NCBI GenBank assembly: GCA_052055015.1
Contig: JBQJIT010000062.1
Reading direction: 5' to 3' (one strand)
Source: Malassezia furfur
Lineage: Eukaryota
DNA: 37,744 bases
Under the pieces are notes generated by a model. It was given only the letters and a program-made list of their open reading frames with translations. It did no database searches and was not told where the DNA came from. A program made the position numbers and the translations under genes. Positions within the stretch are counted from its first letter, which is position 1. Every line of letters starts with the position of its first letter. Positions 29,367 to 37,744 of the stretch are shown piece by piece.

Positions 29367-31550
29367 CTATGTAAGTTTGGGTTGGTCTTTTCCGGTATCA
29401 GGACGCTGGTCGCCACGCTTCCCGCGCCAGACGCCCGTAAAGGGATCCACGCGGCCGTAGATGTGCGTGGATTGGTTTCGGCGAAGGGCCGTGACCCATT
29501 CAGAAACGATTTGCTTGCTGTCAACCATGACGTTGATTTCCTGCGAGTGGAACCAGCTCTGAGTATCTTGGTTCCCGCTTCCCAGGATGCCGACACGGCC
29601 GTCAATCGCGGCAAATTTCACATGACAGTTGCGCTGCTTGCGCACGGCATTTAGCGGTCGATCCATGTCCTTGCCCGTATACCAGTACACTTCGAGGAGC
29701 TGCTCCTTTCCTTGGCCCTCTTGGCGAAGCGTCTTGTACAAGTGACTCACAACTTGCTCGTTGGTGCCACCCTGGAAAGGCATACTTTCGCTCTTGTCAT
29801 TGAAGCCGAGGTCAAGCCACAACTCGACACGCACGCCGCGTCGAACACAAGCCAATATGGCTGCCTTGACCGGGGTCGCATTCAACGTCGGACTTTGGAC
29901 AAATACATGCCGCTGAGCGTAGCGGAAACCAGCGAGCCACGCAGCCGCCTGGGGGTTCTCAATATCGGTATGACCGGGCGTACCAAAAGGTCGGCGGTTA
30001 ACCAATGCCATGGGCACGGGCTTGTGTGGGGCATGTAGAATCACTGGCTCAAAGTCGAGCAATCCCATGATGTTTTGTGCAGCCCATCCACCCCTGCTCT
30101 TTTCAATGACTTCGGGACGCAGCTCGCCCTGCACGCGCGAGTTGTTGGCAAAGTCGAGCGAACGGGTAATGCGTACCAGGCGCTGAGCAGCGAAGTTGGG
30201 GTCCACCTCGTTGCCCCGCATGTTCTCGAGTCGGATCCGCTGCACATTCCACGTGCTGCTCTTGTCTTTGCCGAGAATGCGCAGGGCACTCTCCGCCAGG
30301 GGTCCTGGAATAGTCGTCGCATTCGATTCGCGTTGCTGCTTCGAAGCATCCGCCTTCTTTTTCCACACGGCCGCAGCACGTCGTGCTGCGTTTTCGGGGT
30401 CCACTTGACTTGTACTCGGCGAGACGCCCGTCTGTTGTTGATCGGTTGCGCTCGCGCGCGCTTGGATCATGGACTCGACCAAGTCGGCCAGTTGTACACG
30501 CATCGGTATGTGCTCCTGCCGAACTGTCTCCTGGTCTTCGCTCATGAGCTGGCTAAGAGCAGTCCGTGATTGCTCCTCCAGCTTTTCACGCGTAAGCTGG
30601 GGTAGTTTGAAGGCCTCTTCGCCCACATGCGGGGAGGCGGGCTTGCCAAGACAGGGCAGGGGCGGATGCAGCTCATTTCCCCATGAAATCATAGCATGAT
30701 CGTATACTGCATTAACAATATCGCCTTCGAGATGTACGCAGGCTTCAAGATTGGGGCGGTCTTGGATATTAATGCTGTTCAACAACGCCAACGAGCGGTC
30801 CACAAGCAGTAATTTGGCATGGAATGTGCCCATGATGGGTCGGTGGTAGTTGAGGATCTCCATGTCAATGTGCGTGAGCTCTTCTGGAGTCGGTAGTCCG
30901 TTCTGTTTCCAACTCGCTGGCGGCACAGGTTTCCGGCTGCGGAACAAGTCCGAGACCGACTGTGGTCCACGGTCCCACATTATCTTAAATACGATCTTGG
31001 CATCGCCCCTTGCTGAAGCCCTTCGGTTCAACTCACGGATCGCTTCGGCGATTTTATCGACGTTTCGGCCTTGCTGCCAATAGTTCGTAAGAAGGACCAC
31101 TTCTTCTTTGGCGGCCACAATACATTGATAGTAATGGTCAATAATATCCGGTCCCGTTGAGAATATAGACAGAGGAACGACACCGGTCGATGCCATGATT
31201 TGCGGCGAAGTGACGCCGCTCAATGGCGCACTCGCTAGGGAAAGCATGGCATCCGCGAGGAGCTTCAAGTAAAGATCGCTCGGACCACCTTCAGATTCCG
31301 GTCCATAGCCATAATGGTGACGGACAAAGTCCAGCTCCTCCGGGCTCGGTGCCTTATTTTTTGCCGAAGTCGCACCGTTGTGCCAGTCCCAGTGTTTCGC
31401 ACGAACAGCGACGGGGGAATCCGCAAGCCAGCCTTCGAGTGGGCCTTTAAGCAAGCTGCGGATAATCGAATTTGCCGACTCATATTTACGCTCAGACAAA
31501 CGCGCAGTAACGGTGTCACCTGCGTACGCTGAGGCGGGAGCGGCGGGCAT
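29367..31550 (-). CDS. Phospholipase D / nuclease superfamily protein (two HKD motifs)
   Basis: FHAKLLLVD...NSINIQD and CHVKFAAID...GSGNQDTQSWFHSQEIN; no obvious signal peptide or PX/PH domain. Confidence 0.85.
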   Translation of the reverse strand: MPAAPASAYAGDTVTARLSERKYESANSIIRSLLKGPLEGWLADSPVAVRAKHWDWHNGATSAKNKAPSPEELDFVRHHYGYGPESEGGPSDLYLKLLADAMLSLASAPLSGVTSPQIMASTGVVPLSIFSTGPDIIDHYYQCIVAAKEEVVLLTNYWQQGRNVDKIAEAIRELNRRASARGDAKIVFKIMWDRGPQSVSDLFRSRKPVPPASWKQNGLPTPEELTHIDMEILNYHRPIMGTFHAKLLLVDRSLALLNSINIQDRPNLEACVHLEGDIVNAVYDHAMISWGNELHPPLPCLGKPASPHVGEEAFKLPQLTREKLEEQSRTALSQLMSEDQETVRQEHIPMRVQLADLVESMIQARASATDQQQTGVSPSTSQVDPENAARRAAAVWKKKADASKQQRESNATTIPGPLAESALRILGKDKSSTWNVQRIRLENMRGNEVDPNFAAQRLVRITRSLDFANNSRVQGELRPEVIEKSRGGWAAQNIMGLLDFEPVILHAPHKPVPMALVNRRPFGTPGHTDIENPQAAAWLAGFRYAQRHVFVQSPTLNATPVKAAILACVRRGVRVELWLDLGFNDKSESMPFQGGTNEQVVSHLYKTLRQEGQGKEQLLEVYWYTGKDMDRPLNAVRKQRNCHVKFAAIDGRVGILGSGNQDTQSWFHSQEINVMVDSKQIVSEWVTALRRNQSTHIYGRVDPFTGVWRGKRGDQRPDTGKDQPKLT

Positions 31551-31644
31551 GGCTGTTCACGGACCGAGATGGGATGATGAACGGAACGACCAAGAATGAA
31601 CTGCGCCGTTTTGGGACGCGGGTCATGTGGAGGTTCCTGCCGTC

Positions 31645-32463
31645 ATGCAGCGCGCGGATTTGGAAGCATCGTTGGCGTATATACGCGCCGCAGAACGGAG
31701 TTTACGAACAGCTATGGGAGAGGGTGACGATAAAGACAGCATCGAGCTCCCACATGATCTGCCTGCAGCATATTGCAGGCTTCTGAAAGATTATCGCGCA
31801 CTATGTGCTCAGTACGAAAACGAGCGGAAGGCATGGCTTGAATTCAAGGATTGGTGGCGTGCGCGTATACGCGAGCGACGCGCCAAAAAGCGATTGAAAC
31901 CCGAGTTGAAAGATAAGGACGTGATGAGCTCTCCTTCGTCGCGTCGAAAAACCCGCCCACCGCGTAAAACAGATGCTAGCCCAGAACACGGTGCTTCTAA
32001 AGAGAACGCCACGATACCCTCACCGCGCCGGTCGCGCGAACGAATCTTGGAGCACCGTTCGCAAATCCGTGCCCTTCTACACGAGAATCCTAGTTTGTTC
32101 AAAGGAATCGGCCGTTATGCGCATTCCGCCCCTCGCTCAAATACGAATGCCCCAGCAACTGACCCCTCCAAGTCGAATCGAAGGGTCATGCACGCTTCGG
32201 ATTGCGCGTGCTGTCGAGATGTAGGTGTCTGGAGCTAACCTTAGTATTACGCACTCGTTGGGCGTGCATCCACGTCCCACGTAGAGGCGCCCAGCCCTAC
32301 GGATGAGACGCGAAAACAAATCTCATCAAGACATCGACACATGCAACAGCATGATCCCACCCCGCCGGACTATTGGTACGCTATGGGGCTCACGTTTAGG
32401 CAACTCGGGTTCCCCTCGTCAGGCGAGGCCCTCGAAATTAATCGCCGTGCACGGGCGGATTAG
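31645..32463 (+). CDS. SAE2: Sae2/Ctp1/CtIP DNA end-resection factor, 3 exons
   Basis: N-terminal coiled coil. Splicing two 24-nt introns (32221-32244 and 32376-32399) gives MHASDCACCRDYY...SSRHRH...TPPDYWQLGFPS, i.e. the CxxC, RHR and TPPxYW hallmarks. TAG at 32461-32463. Confidence 0.88.
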
Positions 32464-32492
32464 GTGGAGGTGTATAGCCACGATTGCAGCTT

Positions 32493-34220
32493 ATGCAGCG
32501 TGCGCGACGGACCTCGTCACGCCTCGCTGCACGCTTAGAACGGCATGATGAGTCTCAGAAACCCCAGCAAGAAACTGTACTGAGCAATAATGAGGCTATA
32601 AGTCGACCAAAACGTGCAACCGCGGCGACACGTGCGACGCCGCAGGCACAGGATACCCCCTCGCCCGACCCTTCACTGCCGTCCAAGTTAGCGGGCTCGC
32701 GAAGCGATGCTCGGAAACGAAAGGACCGAGACGACGAGCTCGAGAAGATGAAACCTCTGCACAAAGAGATCGAGAAGCGAAAACGCCCGCCCAACGTCTC
32801 TGCGTCTCCGCCTCCGGCACCGGACGCCGAGGCACCTGCCCAGGTAAAACGACGCGCGCGTGCCTCCGCATCAGCTGCCGACATGGCCCGGTCGCTACCT
32901 CCCCTTGCACTACCTGCACGTCCTAACTCACTCCACTCACTTCCTGCTGCCACACTGGCCAAGCTGAGTGCTCATGAGCGGGCACGGCGATTGCTGCACG
33001 TGGGTGCAACGCCCGAAGCGCTTCCTTGCCGCCAACAACAGTTTCTTGATGTGGTACAATGTACGACAGATGCGTTGCAGGCCGGTGCCGGCGAATGTGT
33101 ATATATCTATGGGGTTCCCGGCACGGGCAAGACAGCCACGGTGCGCGAAGCGATCCGTACCCTTGAGCGGCGCATGTCCACCGGAGAGGTGCCTGCCTTT
33201 CGCTTCGTTGAAATCAACGGCATGAAGCTCGCCAGTGCTATGCAGGCCTACACTGAGCTATGGAGTGCGGTGCAAGGCGGAAAACGACTGCACCCCCGGG
33301 CGGCATTGTCAAAACTCGCGGCCCATTTCAATGCCGGCGACGCGCAAGAGAGCCGGGTGCCAATCGTGGTACTCATGGACGAGCTGGACATGTTTGTGAC
33401 GTCACGCCAGGACGTCATCTACAACCTGTTCCACTGGCCCAATCTGCCGCACAGTAATCTCGTGGTGATTGCGGTCGCTAACACCATGGACCTGCCTGAG
33501 CGAACCCTGCAGCCCAAGGTGGCGAGCCGTCTTGGTATGACACGGATCCCATTCATGCCGTACACCGACCGCCAGCTTCTTGACATTGTGCGCGCGCGTC
33601 TCGATATCGACGAGCAGGGTACACGCACGAGCAACGAACCTGCTACGGCTGGGTGCGAAAAGGTCTTCAAGGTCGACGCCTTACTGTTCGCCGCAAAGCG
33701 GGTAGCCAACGTATCGGGGGACGCACGACGTATGCTTGATGTGTGCCGCCGCGTTGTGGAGCTCGCAGAACACCGCGCGGCGGTGAACCGCCAAGAACCC
33801 GCGCCCATCTCCATCCTCGAGATGCGCGAGGTCCTAGATCGCATGGCTCGCTCAGGCCGAGCGGCACACATCGCGGCACTCTCGCTGCATGGAAAATTGC
33901 TTCTGGCGAGTATGTATGCGTGTGTGCGCAAGACCGAAGTGGCCGAGGTGGAGTGGGGCGAGGTGCTTTCGCACCACGCGGCGCTCTGTCGGACACACTC
34001 GGTGGCGCGAACAGGTACGACTCAGGAGGCAGGGATTCAGGACTACAATGAAGACGAGCTGCTACGACCACTTGCGACACTTTGTGCATTGGGTATCGTG
34101 GTGGCTGTCGGTACAGGTGCTGGTTCGGCACGTGCAGGTCCTTTTGCACGGTACATGGTCATGGTACCAGAAGAGGAGGCCAAGCTAGCAATGCAAGATG
34201 CCCGACTTCCCGGTCTCTAG
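32493..34220 (+). CDS. ORC1: Origin recognition complex subunit 1 (AAA+), no recognisable BAH domain
   Basis: LPCR, YIYGVPGTGKTATV, VEINGMKL, LMDELD, IYNLFHWP, VANTMDLPERTL..KVASRLG.TRI.F.PY, VSGDARRMLDVCRR. First ATG is 32493. Confidence 0.9.
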   Translation: MQRARRTSSRLAARLERHDESQKPQQETVLSNNEAISRPKRATAATRATPQAQDTPSPDPSLPSKLAGSRSDARKRKDRDDELEKMKPLHKEIEKRKRPPNVSASPPPAPDAEAPAQVKRRARASASAADMARSLPPLALPARPNSLHSLPAATLAKLSAHERARRLLHVGATPEALPCRQQQFLDVVQCTTDALQAGAGECVYIYGVPGTGKTATVREAIRTLERRMSTGEVPAFRFVEINGMKLASAMQAYTELWSAVQGGKRLHPRAALSKLAAHFNAGDAQESRVPIVVLMDELDMFVTSRQDVIYNLFHWPNLPHSNLVVIAVANTMDLPERTLQPKVASRLGMTRIPFMPYTDRQLLDIVRARLDIDEQGTRTSNEPATAGCEKVFKVDALLFAAKRVANVSGDARRMLDVCRRVVELAEHRAAVNRQEPAPISILEMREVLDRMARSGRAAHIAALSLHGKLLLASMYACVRKTEVAEVEWGEVLSHHAALCRTHSVARTGTTQEAGIQDYNEDELLRPLATLCALGIVVAVGTGAGSARAGPFARYMVMVPEEEAKLAMQDARLPGL

Positions 34221-36171
34221 TCGATGTCGTGCGGCGGCGCATGCTGCAAGAGGCAATAGTCACCGTAGCGAAGCGTCTCTTCCCAGCGGGGTATGTGACG
34301 CGTGAGGGTGCCCGGGAGCCACAGTGTCCGTGCGAGCGTGGCCAGAACGCGCCGCCCAAGAGACGAACCGCGCGCAGCCTCACGGCTGCCCTCGGCATCC
34401 AGGAATGGCACGCAGGAGACTTTGGTCCATGCCTCGCTCTCTGCATAGTTGGGTTCGCGAGGCGTGGGGTTCCGGGCAGGGAAGTGAACATCCACCAGGT
34501 AGTCGCACGTGGCGATGTCGACGTAGCGGTCGGGCTCTTCCTGGTTGAGTTCATTTACATTGTCCAAATGCCGGCGCGTTGCCCCCGCCCAAGGCCACAC
34601 GAGGTTACTGAGCTCGTCCACGGGGCCATCCACAAAGTGAGCGGGCAAAATTCCGTGAAAATCACTGGGGATAAATTGGACGTGCACGTTGGGCGGCACG
34701 AAGAAGTGCGACGGGAACCGATGCCATTCCTTGCCGTAGCAGAGTGTTGCAGTCGAGTTGGGTAGCGCCTGAAGCACGTCTATCGGTGCATGGTAATGTT
34801 GGACAAGACCCACCAAACGCAGGCAGCCGGTCACTGCAGCCAATACCAAGGGCGTTAGCATGCATAGCGGGAACAGCCAGGTTCGCGATGCTCGATACGG
34901 CGAGCGCGTGAGGCGCAAATAGGCGGCTTCAATCCACGCACGCCCAATATACAGCGTAATGGCGGCATTCATGCACATGAGTGGATACACCGGATACAGG
35001 AACCGCTCCTCTTTGTGTGCCTGGAGGCTTAGCACCCCAATCCATATATACACAGGGAGCACCCGCAGCGCAAGCAACACCGACGGGTCTGAACCCGGTG
35101 CATGAATTGCACCGGACTTTCGGGGAGTCTTGGTTCCGGGAAAATCTCCCGTGAAACGTGCAGGCGTGCGGTGGGCAGTCATAAGCACGGCGGGGAGCGA
35201 CAACAGTGCAAGAGGGAACACGACTCCCAGGTTGAGCAGCAAGTTCACGGGATAGTATGTCCACGGCTCCGTACCATACAGCTCGGGGCTAATGCCCCGC
35301 GCATGACCCAGCACGTTGTAGAGCACTGTGTTGAGCGCAACAAGAGTCGCGTGTCCATACGCGAGCGAGTCCACAGAAACGATCGGAATAGCCAGCAAAC
35401 TTGCCGTCACCACGGCAAGAATCGCACGGGACCAACGACGCAGGATCCAGGGACGCGTCTCCGTCGCCGGTACGGCATCTGTGCCATACATGAAGAGCTC
35501 TTCGTAGACAAAAGGCAGAGAAAGGAGCAGCGCGTAAGGCCAACCTCCCAAAGCGCCAAGAGCAAAGGCCAGCGTTGCACCAAAAGCCCGTCTTTGGTTC
35601 CGAACAGAGGCACGAGACAGTGCATATGCCATCCCCAAGCTGCTAGTGTACATCACGAAACTCGATGGCAGCAAAGCAACCGACGCCATAGTGGTCCCCG
35701 CAGACGTCAGCAGGAAGATGAGTAAGTAGCGACCGACGCGCGCATTTACTGCTTGGACCGCACTCCTGTAGAGTGTAGCGTCTGCTGCTGCAGATGCAGC
35801 AGCAAGCACCATCCGAAGAACGTAGAATGCAAACGGTCCCTGGAGCACACGAGTTGCCAACGCCGTGGGGATAGCATGCAGCAAAATGTAGGCCCACGAG
35901 CGGATTGCAAACTGCGGAGCATATTCCCAAGTTTGAAACGCAGGGATAGGATTCGTGCGCAGCGCATGAGTCGCTGCGAGAAGATGGACGGGCTCCCAAT
36001 AGTTATACACTGAATGAGTTCGAACCACGCACCTTCGTCGCAGTCACCAATGATCATCCATACCGCTGCTATTCCTCTTACAATGAGTAGGAGTAAAAAT
36101 GCCGTTTTCCAGTTTGGTACCCATGGCTGGCGCAGCTTGGGATGATCCCGTAGCAGCGGCGCGTTGAACAT
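34217..36171 (-). CDS. ALG9: Alg9 alpha-1,2-mannosyltransferase (GT22), 2 exons
   Basis: IGDCDE/VYNYWEP joined by a 23-nt intron at 36010-36032; QTWEYAP, IRSWAY, LLPSSF, LYGTEP, HKEERFLYPVYP, CYGKEWHRFPSHFF. Confidence 0.95.
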
Positions 36172-36182
36172 TCAGTGGTACA

Positions 36183-37536
36183 ATGGAGGTCGCCCGATCC
36201 CCGATCGTGTTGGCCACCGCGATGTCGTTCCAGGTTTTGACGCTCAATTGCTGGTACGCAAGTCTCTGACGCAGGGGACTCAAGTACTTTTCTAAACTGC
36301 GCGTTGAGCGCCTGCGTGCGATAGCGGAACGGCTTGCGGAGACTCAGTACGATGTCGTGGCACTGCAGGAGATTTGGGTCGAGTCCGAGGATTGGCGTTA
36401 CATGCGCGAAGCATGTCTGTCGCAGTATCCCTTTGGAAAATTTTTCCTTACGTATGTCGTTGCGATGCTCATGCAGCGGCTCCTTCGGTTCCGGACTAGC
36501 AATCTTATCTCGACACCCCATTGTGGATATGGAGTCATATATGTACTCCCTCACCGGTGTTCCTATTTATGTGCATCAAGGCGACTGGATTGCTGGGAAA
36601 GCATGTGGTCGAGCGACCATCTCACACCCAGACCTAGGGCTGGTTGACGTGTGGAACACGCACGTACGTGCTTGAATGACTTATGCAGTTCACTGCCGTC
36701 GGGGGACAAATTGGCCCCGAAACCCAACGTGCATTCCGTACGGTGGAGGCTTTCGAGTTGGCCGATCGGTGCTTGATCAGTGCAGACCGCGGCCGGCATG
36801 TACTATGTATGGGCGACTTAAATTCGTTGCCTGAGTCACTTTGCATGACCCTCTTGCTAAAGTTCGGTCGCATGTATGACTCGTTTGCCAGCGTGGACAG
36901 CGTGGACGCCGAGTCGCCAGACGCGGGAATTACTTGTGACAGCCCCAAGAATACATGGAGCGCTGGAAAGCATTTGGATGAACGCGCATTGCGTCACAAT
37001 GGGAAACGATTGGACTATGTCCTATTTCGGGGACCTACAAAAGGACCGTTGCGTCTGCATTGCACGCAACACAAAGTGGTATTCATGGAACCCATTATGA
37101 CACTTGGAGTGTCCTATTCAGATCACTTTGGTGTGGAAGCAACGTTCCAGATTACTGGCGACGCTCATGCCAAGACCGAACCAGAAGCACCATCTGTGGA
37201 TGTCTTGAGCCAATGCTTACCACTTATGGACGACGCTTTGCAACAGGCTATAAGGTGTCAACGCAAGAGCTTGCAGGTTTTTGCATTGCTACTTGCTTTC
37301 GCGGGTGTTTTAATTGCGGGCAACTCCTGTGCTGCAGCATGGCTGCAGCATGGTCGAAGCGTGCCAGCGGCTGTGATCACAGCGTTTTTGCTAGTCCCTA
37401 CCGCATGGGCGGGTACAACAGCCCTCTATGACGGGGTAGTATGGGGAGAATGGCTCAAACGTAAGTGCAAGGAGAATCGCTCACACCAGGTTCTCTGCGT
37501 ACTGCGATCGACCGAATGGAGACAATGGCCAGCTGA
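36183..37536 (+). CDS. ISC1: Inositol-phosphosphingolipid phospholipase C / neutral sphingomyelinase, 5 exons
   Basis: LTLNCWGLKY, DVVALQEIW, GSGLAILSRHP, GDWIAGK, NTH, MGDLNS, TCD, KRLDY, SDHFGV and two C-terminal TM segments. Introns at 36254-36274 (21 nt), 36452-36476 (25), 36664-36688 (25), 37461-37489 (29). Alternative ATG at 36222. Confidence 0.92.
36254..36274 (+). other. 21-nt spliceosomal intron in ISC1
   Basis: TG|gtacgcaagtctctgacgcag|G. It contains an in-frame TGA, and removing it restores NCWGLKY. Confidence 0.85.
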
Positions 37537-37662
37537 GCTCGGATCATTTTTGTATTTTTACATTGAATCATTATTTCGTGTGACTATGATGAGGCATGAA
37601 AACAAACAGATCGATACTTGCGTGTATCGTTGTTGCAGTGTTCGGTAAATGGGGAAAGAAAT

Positions 37663-37744
37663 TTAGCAGTTGGCGCACTGGCAATTGTTGCCGCACTTGC
37701 AGGTGCTGCCACAGTTGCAGCTGTTACTGCACGCAGACTTGGAA
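37663..37744 (-). CDS. Metallothionein-like Cys-rich peptide, 3' end (starts beyond the right edge)
   Basis: Minus strand reads SKSACSNSCNCGSTCKCGNNCQCANC* (8 Cys in 26 aa, three CxC motifs, no aromatic residues). TAA at 37663-37665. Not in the ORF track. Confidence 0.75.
   Translation of the reverse strand, partial: SKSACSNSCNCGSTCKCGNNCQCANC

Noticed and set aside
1..37744. CRISPR arrays, transposons, prophage, horizontally acquired or secondary-metabolite clusters
   Set aside because: No spaced repeat arrays, terminal repeats, transposase/RT/integrase motifs or biosynthetic core genes; the genes are typical fungal housekeeping genes.

Overview
Eukaryotic, GC-rich, extremely gene-dense fungal chromosome segment. 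The housekeeping gene set, near-absent intergenic DNA and 21-39 nt spliceosomal introns point to a Malassezia-type basidiomycete yeast; this is an inference, not a database result. Gene order: VMA12(-, partial), AFG1(+), BUB1/MAD3(-), SSF1(+), TCP1/CCT1(+), CaM kinase(-), intron-containing tRNA-Gly(TCC)(-), DUF2423(+), PHO81(-), CRM1/XPO1(+), GOS1(-), C2H2 transcription factor(+), GID7/WDR26-like(+), GCN4/CPC1 bZIP(+), GRX5(-), TSR4/PDCD2L(+), MET12-type MTHFR(+), PLD-family(-), SAE2/CtIP(+), ORC1(+), ALG9(-), ISC1(+), metallothionein-like peptide(-, partial). I saw no mobile elements or CRISPR arrays. The signals the ORF track misses are: (i) two box C/D snoRNAs (snR75-like and snR47/U36C-like) inside the only two long introns, both belonging to TSR4; (ii) a three-uORF leader with Gcn4-type sites upstream of the bZIP gene; (iii) micro-introns down to 21 nt, including a 26-nt GC-AG intron and an intron that isolates the CRM1 stop codon; (iv) two convergent gene pairs that share a CTAG double stop; (v) a Cys-rich metallothionein-like ORF at the right edge. 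Exon boundaries were read by eye from GT/GC..branch..AG signals and restored protein motifs. rRNA target sequences and numbering are from memory of yeast 25S rRNA and need checking.
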